IMG/VR virus record: IMGVR_UViG_3300044740_000023
Location: 1 to 64,000 of that record
Reading direction: 5' to 3' (one strand)
DNA length: 64,000 bases
DNA from: a virus
Lineage: Duplodnaviria > Caudoviricetes
Shown here: in pieces, positions 8,393 to 15,863 of the stretch
How the letters are laid out: each line of letters begins with the position of its first letter
Position numbering within the stretch: the first letter of the stretch is position 1
Position numbers and translations under genes: made by a program
The notes under the pieces: generated by a model
The model's input: only the letters and a program-made list of their open reading frames with translations
The model's database searches: none
Told to the model about the DNA's origin: nothing

Positions 8393-8691
8393 CCCTCGCT
8401 CCGGGGGTCGTCGGAGGGGGAGAGGGCGGCTTCGACGGACCCGACGGCGAACTCCACCGTGAACCGTTCTTCGTCGTCCTCGATGAAGCGGCTCACCTGA
8501 ATCCCGCCGCACGACAACGCGCCCTCTGGCTTGACCCGCTCCAACATTCCACGTGTCTGCGACGCGAGCATGGCAGCGTCGGGCACGCCTTCGTCGCGCC
8601 ACTCCCACTCGCCAGCGGCGTAGGCCGGTGCGAGCAGCCTGCCGACCTTCGCGGCCAGTTGGTCGAGGGCGAGGTCGTCTACATTCATCAC
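8389..8691 (-). CDS. hypothetical protein, 100 aa
   Basis: GTGA/ATGA overlaps; ends DDPRSEG. Confidence 0.65.
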   Translation of the reverse strand: MMNVDDLALDQLAAKVGRLLAPAYAAGEWEWRDEGVPDAAMLASQTRGMLERVKPEGALSCGGIQVSRFIEDDEERFTVEFAVGSVEAALSPSDDPRSEG

Positions 8692-9035
8692 TCGTACACG
8701 ATCTTGTAGCTCAGGTGCAGCATGTGCCCGATGATCTGATCGGCCACGTACTCGCGGTCGGACACGTCGGCCACGTCGAGCGCATCGAGCAGCGCCTCGC
8801 GCGCGAGCGCGGACTTGCCTCGGTCGGTCAGGTAGGTGCGGTGGTTGGACTCGCGCCGCAGCAGGCCGTCTTGTGTCAGCCGCTCGCGCATCCGTTCGTG
8901 CTCGCGGAGCGCCGACCAGTCGGAGTCGCGCACCGCTTCCAGCACGCGGCGGGCGACCGTGTTCATCCCGGCGTGCTCGGACATCCGCGTGCCATCAGAA
9001 CCGTGTTCTACCACGTTATGCACGCTCGCGCTCAA
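8688..9035 (-). CDS. hypothetical protein (possible winged helix; start uncertain)
   Basis: RL..DGLL......YLTDRG pattern. Confidence 0.5.
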   Translation of the reverse strand: MSASVHNVVEHGSDGTRMSEHAGMNTVARRVLEAVRDSDWSALREHERMRERLTQDGLLRRESNHRTYLTDRGKSALAREALLDALDVADVSDREYVADQIIGHMLHLSYKIVYE

Positions 9036-9103
9036 AAGAGCCGTCGAGACTCCGCTCAGCGCGAAAAATGGGGGATTCGTGCCCGGCCATGCACAACGGA
9101 ACT

Positions 9104-9143
9104 CAAGTCGGGGCGAGGGAGGTGAGCCGCTCGCCCCGACTTG
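9104..9143. terminator. 14-bp GC-rich hairpin (terminator or regulatory)
   Basis: CAAGTCGGGGCGAG / CTCGCCCCGACTTG, 12-nt loop; no U-tract. Confidence 0.45.
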
Positions 9144-9153
9144 CCCTCTCCTC

Positions 9154-9357
9154 CTACATCACGGCACGCAGCGGCACCCTTGTCAGCTTGCGGTGCAGCG
9201 CGCGCTCCTCGGACGGACCCTCGTCTACCTCGACCGCCGTCGCGAGGCGCTCCAAGAACTGCAAGCTGGCTACGGGACTCGTGAGGTGAGCGGTCCCGAT
9301 GCTCTCCTCCATGAGCATTCCGCCGTCGTGCTCTGAGCGTACTTCGACTACTGCCAT
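9154..9357 (-). CDS. hypothetical protein
   Basis: SD AGGAG before ATG. Confidence 0.5.
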   Translation of the reverse strand: MAVVEVRSEHDGGMLMEESIGTAHLTSPVASLQFLERLATAVEVDEGPSEERALHRKLTRVPLRAVM

Positions 9358-9534
9358 ACGTGGCTCCTGTTCGCATTCGCGGGCTTCCCTGAGAGCGTCG
9401 AGCAGGTCGCGAGCGAGAAACGCGCGGCTCTCAGGATCATTGCCCGAACGGTGGTCCTTCGGGCTTGTCAGTCTCTACCCCCAATCCGACCGACGCAAGA
9501 GCGACCTGTCAGATGATCCCGCACTTTCCGAGGA

Positions 9535-9852
9535 TTAGTCCTCGGGAGATGTGGCGCGCGGGCTGGAGAAGATCAGGAACGGGATGCCAAGCGCGAGTCC
9601 GACCTGCTCCAACTTGACCTGAAAGGTCGCGAAGATTGTCAGGACTCGAACCTCACACTTGCTGACAGGCGGGTCATCTTCGTCCTTCTGCCACGCAAGC
9701 GCGCGGAACCACGCCGTCACGAAGCGCATCGGGTCCATGTTGTTGATCGCGACCCACGGCTCGGCGCAGCGGCGCTCGCACTCGGCGCAGCCGTCGATGA
9801 ACAGTTGGCCCTCCCGAAAGCTCGGCAGGCTCGGGTGGTGGTCGTGGGCTAG
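9535..9852 (-). CDS. hypothetical protein
   Basis: DGCAECE motif; coupled to upstream gene. Confidence 0.6.
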   Translation of the reverse strand, partial: LAHDHHPSLPSFREGQLFIDGCAECERRCAEPWVAINNMDPMRFVTAWFRALAWQKDEDDPPVSKCEVRVLTIFATFQVKLEQVGLALGIPFLIFSSPRATSPED

Positions 9853-10067
9853 TGCCACGGGAACAGCCAGCGGTGGGCACGCTGAGCGAGGGCGTGCGCC
9901 TCCTCAGCGTGGCGCTTGGCGATGTCGAGTTCCCCGAGGTCCAGAGCCGCGCTCGCGCGCTCGTTCTCGATCTCGGCCAGCCGCATGTACTTGCGGGCGC
10001 GCAGGGTCGTCACGCGCAGCACGAGCGTCAGGACGGCGATGCCAATGGTGATGCCGGTCAGGATCAT
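9849..10067 (-). CDS. small membrane-anchored protein
   Basis: MILTGITIGIAVLTLVLRV N-terminal helix; ATGA overlap. Confidence 0.55.
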   Translation of the reverse strand: MILTGITIGIAVLTLVLRVTTLRARKYMRLAEIENERASAALDLGELDIAKRHAEEAHALAQRAHRWLFPWH

Positions 10068-10291
10068 CGCGCCGCCATCATCGCGCGGCACTCTTCCTCG
10101 ATCCGGCGCATGCAGTCCACGTTGAAGATCGTGCCCGCCTGCGGGAAGAAGCAGTATTGCCGCCACGCGCCGTACCAGCGAATCTGCCCAAGCTCGCCCG
10201 AGGAGCGCCGGTTGCGCACGCTGACGATGCGCGTCTTGCGCACGTCGGGCACCGCGCAGTCCTCGAAGAAGATGTAGTCGTCGGCGCTCAC
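10064..10291 (-). CDS. conserved phage hypothetical protein
   Basis: LGQIRWYGAWRQYCFFP motif; GTGA overlap. Confidence 0.7.
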   Translation of the reverse strand: MSADDYIFFEDCAVPDVRKTRIVSVRNRRSSGELGQIRWYGAWRQYCFFPQAGTIFNVDCMRRIEEECRAMMAAR

Positions 10292-10602
10292 GCGAAGGCG
10301 TCGGCGGCAGGGCCGAGGACGGAGCGCAGGAAGCAGCGCCGGTGAATGTAGACGTAGCTGATCGTCACCTCGATGCCGGTCGAGGTGCGGCCCGAGGAGG
10401 ACAGAATCTCGCTGACGACGCTCTCCGGGGTCACGTCGGGCATGCGGAAGCCCTGGTCGCCGTCCTCGATCTCGTTCTGGCACCACCAGCACGTCTTGCC
10501 GACCGGCGTGTCCACCTTGTCGGCGTGCCAGTAGATCGGCGCTTCGAGCTTGTCTCCGAAGTAGTCCATGAAGTTGAGCGCCCCGGCATGGAGCGAAGCC
10601 AT
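10288..10602 (-). CDS. hypothetical protein (CWWC...HRRC)
   Basis: ORF in run of coupled genes; start may be 10569. Confidence 0.6.
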   Translation of the reverse strand: MASLHAGALNFMDYFGDKLEAPIYWHADKVDTPVGKTCWWCQNEIEDGDQGFRMPDVTPESVVSEILSSSGRTSTGIEVTISYVYIHRRCFLRSVLGPAADAFA

Positions 10603-10663
10603 TACCGCCGAGGCGCGACGTAGTTATACACTCCCCGGCGCAAATCAACCGAAAGGACGCAGG

Positions 10664-11116
10664 ATGCGTGTAGTAGGACTGACCGTAGCCCTGGTGTTGG
10701 GGTGCTGTTCGCCCGCGTGGGCGGGGCATAGTGGCGGCATCCCCGGCAACAAGGTCGGGGGAGGCGATGCGGGGTGTACGGGCAACCCGCACGACTTCGG
10801 GCAGCCGACAGGCAACCCCCACGACTTCTCGGAGGGTCGGCCTACGGGCAACCCGCACGAGTGCGCGGAAGTGCGTGAAGAAGGACGGTGCGGCTGCCAT
10901 CCGTGTCCGCCGCCACCGCCGCCGCCGCCCGTGTGCCCGCCACCGACTCCGGTGCCGTGTCCGTGCTCGACGGTGACGAACGTGACCAACATCACCAACG
11001 TCACGAACATCACGAACGTCGTCGCGCCTAAGCCGCACAAGAAGCACCACAAGAAGAAGCACAAGCGGGTGCGCCATTTCCACCCGCACCCGAACCCGCG
11101 CATCTTCGCGGGCTGA
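10664..11116 (+). CDS. secreted low-complexity repeat protein
   Basis: SD GAAAGGA, signal peptide ending AWA, TGNPHD x3, poly-Pro, TNV/TNI repeats, Lys/His tail. Confidence 0.7.
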   Translation: MRVVGLTVALVLGCCSPAWAGHSGGIPGNKVGGGDAGCTGNPHDFGQPTGNPHDFSEGRPTGNPHECAEVREEGRCGCHPCPPPPPPPPVCPPPTPVPCPCSTVTNVTNITNVTNITNVVAPKPHKKHHKKKHKRVRHFHPHPNPRIFAG

Positions 11117-11161
11117 AAAGGAAGGCCACCGGGCAAGGTTGTCGAAGCTCGGTGGCCCTCC
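11116..11161 (-). terminator. intrinsic terminator (possibly bidirectional)
   Basis: minus strand GGAGGGCCACCG / CGGTGGCCTTCC stem followed by TTTT. Confidence 0.65.
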
Positions 11162-11203
11162 TTACTTCCGCATCAGGCACTCCAACTACGAGCGCCGCGC
11201 GGG

Positions 11204-11233
11204 AGCCTACAGAAATATCGGGGAGGCCGTCAA
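11204..11233 (-). promoter_or_regulatory. sigma70-type promoter
   Basis: TTGACG-N18-TAGGCT. Confidence 0.6.
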
Positions 11234-11239
11234 CCTAGA

Positions 11240-11905
11240 CGAAGGTCGAGGTCCAGGTCTGTCGCCACGACGATAGTTCTGTCAAGAGTCGGCGGTGAGC
11301 TTGGGCATCTGCTCGGTGAGTTGCTTCAGCACCGGGCATTCGCCGTTGCGTAGCAAGCGACGATGACTATGAGAGCGATCTCCATACAGCGAGGCTACGC
11401 CGCCGCTCTCGTGGTCGCTACGTGGCGAACTACTGAGATACGCGCGGCCCGCCCCGCCTAGCCCTCTCTGCCGAGTCGGGCGTCGGAACCGACAGGCGCG
11501 AGACCGCACTCAGATCAGCCTCGGCGGACGGCTGCATGACAGGCCCAACCGGACCCCACCGCGCCCGCTGCCGCGCGCGGGCAGCCTACTAGACCACTTC
11601 GGTAGGTCGCCGGTTCGTGGCCTAGTAGGAGCCGGTCCCTTGGTGCCCCGCAGGACCGGGTGCTCGCCTCGGGAGCGGGTGGACGTGGAGGGCACTCGAC
11701 GCCTTCAGAGCCGCGTTTCCCCGCAGGCAAGGGCCACACTACTACGCGGGGCACCCGAAGGTGCCCCGGCCCCAACACTCGCTAGGGGATAGCGGCCCGT
11801 CTTTGGTCCCTTGACCGTGTGCGCACCGAGGTAAGCGGGCGACCCTCCTGACCTCACCCTACCACCGCCCGCCAACCGATTTTTGCCGTGGCGCGACCGC
11901 AGTTG
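11240..11905 (-). ncRNA. candidate large structured RNA, family not recognised
   Basis: no convincing ORF; several stems that need G-U pairs only on minus strand; C(UUCG)G tetraloop at 11747-11768. Confidence 0.45.
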
Positions 11906-11907
11906 TG

Positions 11908-12237
11908 TCATGGGTCTGGATACTTCTGATGCTCCTGGCCGTGATGCGTGGGGCAAAGCCACCGAACCTCCAGCGGCTTGTCGTAATCGTCATGGTGCCC
12001 ATGCGTATTCGGGTCGCCGCAGACTTCGCATGGACGGCGCTCGATTCGCCCTTCCTTCACCGCTTCTCGAAGCCGCTCCCTAGCCCGCCGCTTCTTCGGG
12101 TCCTTCCCGACACGCCCCTCGGCCCGCATCTTCGCCTGCGCCGCGCGCGCCCGCGCTCGTTCCGGCTCAGGGTCGGCCCGGTAGTTGCGCCGTTTCCGCC
12201 TCGCTGCACGCGCTGCCGCCTCGGGCGTAGGCGGCAC
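11908..12237 (-). CDS. HNH-like endonuclease (frame open to 12420)
   Basis: CEVCG...HGHHDDYDKPLEVRWLCPTHH. Confidence 0.8.
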   Translation of the reverse strand: MPPTPEAAARAARRKRRNYRADPEPERARARAAQAKMRAEGRVGKDPKKRRARERLREAVKEGRIERRPCEVCGDPNTHGHHDDYDKPLEVRWLCPTHHGQEHQKYPDP

Positions 12238-12479
12238 ATACCGTTTCGGGTGCGCGCGCCTGTACGCCTGCCGTGTCGCCCGATATTTCGCCGCCTCGTT
12301 GTTCTCGCGCCGCCAGTTGCGTTTGCGGCAGAGCGACGAGCAGAAGCGCGCGGTTCCGGTCGTTGGCTGTCCACACTCCTCGCAGATGCGGTGAGGGTAA
12401 CGAGGCCATCGGACATCGCTTTACTTTGTGAAGTATTGCGGATTTTTCTAGGGATAAATTGTGCGAGTGTGTCCGGTGA

Positions 12480-12740
12480 GGGCGGTCGGGCGAGCCGGTC
12501 CCACGCCTTGGCGCATGGCCGGGGCGTCCGGGTGCGGATTGCACACGGCACGCGCCGCGCGCCGTCCGTGCGAGCGGTCCTCGCGGCGGCGGCGGCGGCG
12601 GCGTGCGCGCGTTCGGTCAGTCGGTCAGTCGGTCGCAGTCGGCGCGGCGGCGCGTGCGCGCTGTCGCGTGGCGGCGCGTGGCACATGACGCGGCGGCGTG
12701 CGCGTGGCGCGCGGCGGCGGCGGATAGCGTGGCGGCGCGT
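12480..12740. repeat. low-complexity GGC/CGCG-rich intergenic tract
   Basis: (GGC)n runs, alternating GC, GGTCAGTC x2. Confidence 0.6.
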
Positions 12741-14236
12741 CATCGTTCGGCGGCGGCGTCAGCGGCGGCGCGTGCGCGTGCGCGTGCCAGTCGCGCGCGC
12801 TTGGCGGCGCGTTCGCGCTTGGCGCGGTCGCTGTCGCTGTCGGCGGCGATGGTCAGCGGCGCGTGCGCGGGTAGCTTCGCGTACACGTTCCGCGCGGGTA
12901 TCGCGGCGAGTCGGGCGGCGCGCATGCCAGTCGGCGGCGCGTACACGGTCGGCGCGTGCGATAGCTGCTCGGACAGCGTGCGGAACCTTGGCGGCGGCGT
13001 GTACTTCGCGCCAGTCTCGCGCACGCCGAGTAGGTAGCGCATGCCTGCCGACATGCTCGGGCGTGTGGCGGCGACTGCGCGTCGCGTACCCTGCGCGCGG
13101 AGCACGGCGGCGGCGCGCTCGCGCTCGGCGCGCTCGCGCTCGATCTCGGCGTTCCGTTCGGCGTCGCGCTTGAGCGCGGCGGCGTTCGGCGTTCCGACAG
13201 CGGCGAGGGTTAGCGCGTGTAGGCGCGCGGCCTCGCGCTTGAGCGCGCGACCGACTAGCGGCGTGTGCGCGTCGCGCTTGGCGCGTAGTTTCTCGCGCCG
13301 TGTCAGCGTGCGGCGGCGTCCGCCCGGTAGCTTGCGAGTCTCGACATCGGCGGCGACATCGGCGCGCGAGTATCCCCAGTCGATAGCTAGGGTCCGTGCG
13401 CGGCGTTTGCGCGCCTCGCGCGAGTCATCGCCAAGCGTGAATAGGTAGCCCGTCGATAGCTCGCCGTCAGCGCGCCACGCCTCGCGCGCTGTCGCCGTGC
13501 GCGCGACTGTCCAAGTGTCGGCGGCGAGAATGATCGGCGCGCAGTCGGTCAGCGCGGCGAGCATGTCCGCCGCTGTCGGGTACGCGCCGCGCAGGTACTT
13601 GCGAGCGCGAGTCTGCGACTGCTCAAGCGTGGCGAGCGTGACCGATAGCTCGGCGGCGGCGGCGGCGTTCGGAACGTCGCGCGCGAGTCGGTAGAAGTAT
13701 CGGGCGACCTGCTCGCGCGCGCCGTTCGGCGCGTCCTTGGCGAGTCGGTCGGTTATCGCGGCGGCGACCTGCGCGGCGGCGCGCGGCGGATACTTCGCGC
13801 CGATCTTGAGCGTGTAGCGGTCGGCGTCCGTGTCATCGGCGGCGCGCTGCTCGGACGCCTCGACAGTCTCGCTGTCGGCGCGTTCGCGCGCGTCGCGCTT
13901 GGCGGCGTCGCGCCGGTAGTTCATGGCGCGACCGATGTAAACCTCGACAGTTTGGCGCGAGTCATCGGCGCGCGCAGACTCGCCACCGGCTAGATGCTCA
14001 AGCGCGACCATTACTAGGTCCGCCGCGCAGTCTAGGCGCGACTCGGCGTCCTTCCGCGCGCCGCCGAATACATGACGCGCCGCGATGTGAGCGCGCCGCA
14101 TGATCTCGCGCGGCGTGATTCTGCCCTCTAGCACGGCGCGCCGTTCCTGCGCGTCCGTTCGGATAGCGGACAGCGCGGAACGTGTCCGAGACTCGGCGGC
14201 GGCGACTTCGCGCGGCGTGAGAATAGTTCCTGACAT
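12740..14236 (-). CDS. sigma-factor-like protein with long Ala/Arg-rich extension
   Basis: region-4-like AAAELSVTLATLEQSQTRARKYLR and region-2-like segment; SD GGAAGG before ATG at 14236. Confidence 0.5.
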   Translation of the reverse strand: MSGTILTPREVAAAESRTRSALSAIRTDAQERRAVLEGRITPREIMRRAHIAARHVFGGARKDAESRLDCAADLVMVALEHLAGGESARADDSRQTVEVYIGRAMNYRRDAAKRDARERADSETVEASEQRAADDTDADRYTLKIGAKYPPRAAAQVAAAITDRLAKDAPNGAREQVARYFYRLARDVPNAAAAAELSVTLATLEQSQTRARKYLRGAYPTAADMLAALTDCAPIILAADTWTVARTATAREAWRADGELSTGYLFTLGDDSREARKRRARTLAIDWGYSRADVAADVETRKLPGGRRRTLTRREKLRAKRDAHTPLVGRALKREAARLHALTLAAVGTPNAAALKRDAERNAEIERERAERERAAAVLRAQGTRRAVAATRPSMSAGMRYLLGVRETGAKYTPPPRFRTLSEQLSHAPTVYAPPTGMRAARLAAIPARNVYAKLPAHAPLTIAADSDSDRAKRERAAKRARLARARARAAADAAAER

Positions 14237-14559
14237 GACTGACCTTCCCTTCCGTGTAGGCGTGGTTTGCACGCCTCAAATGATAGCGCGGCGCGACTGT
14301 AGTTGTGGCATTCCCGCGCCTGTGAAGGGAAGTCATGTCGCCGTGACATTCCTGACAGCGCGGCGATGTCAGCGGGTCCGTTCCCGCTGTCGCCGCTGTC
14401 ATCGCGGCGTCAGACAGGGAAGTCATCGCGGCGTGACATTCCTGACGCCTCGCGCTGTCAGGAATGTCACGGCGACATGACTTCCCTTCCCATCGCAGGA
14501 TGCGAGGCGCGTCGCGCCTCGCACACGTACACACACACACGGAAGGAAGGTCAGTCATG
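14234..14559. promoter_or_regulatory. divergent control region with 39-bp perfect inverted repeats
   Basis: 14324-14362 is the exact reverse complement of 14451-14489; third partial copy 14417-14446; mirrored leaders 14234-14257 and 14537-14559. Confidence 0.85.
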
Positions 14560-14874
14560 GCCGCCACGCAAACGAAGGACAAGGCCGCGCAGGTCAAGCT
14601 TGCGCAGTCGCTGCTTGCAGGGAAGGCGCGCGCCGCGCGCTTCACCATCGCCAAGGACGCGCCACGCGCGGACGGTACGTCATCGACGTTTGGCGAGGGT
14701 TGCTACGTCACGCGCGGCGTTCCCGTCAACGGCGGAACGTCGCCCGTCGAGCACATCGTCCTGGTGAACGGCGACCGTCAGTCGGGCATGCCCTTGACGG
14801 TCATCGCCGCCGCCATCGCATACGGCGTCATCCCGCGCGAGTCGGTGCTCGCGCTGCTCGCGCTGTCCGAGTAG
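14557..14874 (+). CDS. hypothetical early protein
   Basis: SD GGAAGGAAGG; 105 aa. Confidence 0.7.
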   Translation: MAATQTKDKAAQVKLAQSLLAGKARAARFTIAKDAPRADGTSSTFGEGCYVTRGVPVNGGTSPVEHIVLVNGDRQSGMPLTVIAAAIAYGVIPRESVLALLALSE

Positions 14875-14880
14875 GCGTCC

Positions 14881-14922
14881 GCGCCCGCGCCCGCAAGGGC
14901 GCGGGCGCTCCCTCTCTTGTTT
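14881..14922 (+). terminator. hairpin terminator
   Basis: GCGCCCGCGCCC-GCAA-GGGCGCGGGCGC then pyrimidine/T tract. Confidence 0.65.
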
Positions 14923-15013
14923 TACGCCCGCGCCACGGGCATATCACGAACTGGCGCGGACGTAAGCCAAGATCACAAACGAACGCACGCGCAAGCGTGC
15001 GAGGAAGGTAGCC

Positions 15014-15100
15014 ATGACATCGCTGCTCATACACATCGGCGTGAGCGTGTTCGCGCTCGCGCTCCTGTGGGTCGTCATGCTCGCGCGGATGAGCCGATGA
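15014..15100 (+). CDS. 28-aa hydrophobic peptide
   Basis: SD GAGGAAGG; MTSLLIHIGVSVFALALLWVVMLARMSR. Confidence 0.55.
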   Translation: MTSLLIHIGVSVFALALLWVVMLARMSR

Positions 15101-15863
15101 CCGCGCTCATCGTCAAGCTCTACACGGTGCGCGCGCGTCATGGCGGCTTCGACTGCCACGCGACGCTCGCGTATGACGGCAAGCCCGTCAAGCGCAGGGA
15201 CGAACGATGCGTGAGCTTCTCGCGCACGTTCGAGTGCGAGTGCGGCGAGCCACTACACGACGGCGACAGATCGTGCGCGCGCTGCACGACGAAGGTCGCC
15301 TCGTACACGTCAACTGCGAGGCGATATGTGCGGCGGCGTGACATACCGCGTAGTCGGCGTGCCCGGTACGCACATGGGAGCTACGCGCGCGCGGATCAAG
15401 CGCGTGGTGGCCCGAGCCTACCGAGCGCACATACTTTCGTGGCGACTTGCTCGATGCGCTGCGCGAACGCGCGCGCTACGAGCAGTCGTCCCAAGATGAG
15501 GTCCTCAATGACAGCCTAAGCGCCTCGCGCGCATAGGAGAGTGACCATCGAACACGCGCATTCGTATGCGCGTTGTAGGCGTGAGACTGAGCCACTTGTG
15601 GCAGCGTCCTTGCGCCGAATACACGGGTGCGCACGGCATCCAAGCTATCCGCGAACCAACGTGCAGGCGCGCAGGGGTGCGTGCGGAAGCCTAAATGCTC
15701 CGCTATCTGCGGCAACAACGCACAAACTTGCAAGCGCACGCGCAAGCGTGTGAAACCGCGTACACGGGGCTGCGATGGAGCGACGCGGGTGGGTGTTCGA
15801 TTCCCCACGCCCCGACTCATTCCACCGATCCACGCGCAACAATCCACACGAGGAGGTGAATCC

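Larger units (their letters stand above)
4595..8413 (-). repeat. dispersed 25-bp gene-junction repeat GGAGCGTCGAGCCGTGAGTGAGCGA
   Basis: perfect copies at 4807-4831, 6231-6255, 6987-7011, 7882-7906, 8139-8163; 24/25 at 6448-6472 and 6731-6755; degenerate at ~4595, 5041, 5149, 5449, 8390. Confidence 0.95.

Noticed and set aside
11240-11905. tmRNA, RNase P, SRP or group I/II intron identity
   Set aside because: No TLD ends, no GAGGAAAGTCC, no SRP loop, no domain V or P7 signatures recognised
11905-13173. 422-aa plus-strand ORF and similar long Arg-rich ORFs (22678..23733, 25700..26857, 50873..52048, 56806..58134)
   Set aside because: Antisense shadows of real genes or low-complexity high-GC sequence; no SD or domain signal
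14324-14489. N15-like telomere (telRL) site
   Set aside because: Repeats are not a contiguous palindrome and the recombinase is too short for a protelomerase; kept only as a general switch/origin candidate
15097-15519. possible frameshift in the small gene near 15265
   Set aside because: An alternative frame looks plausible but there is no slippery site or homologue evidence
15765-15814. canonical tRNA gene
   Set aside because: About 50 nt, no anticodon arm, bulged T-stem
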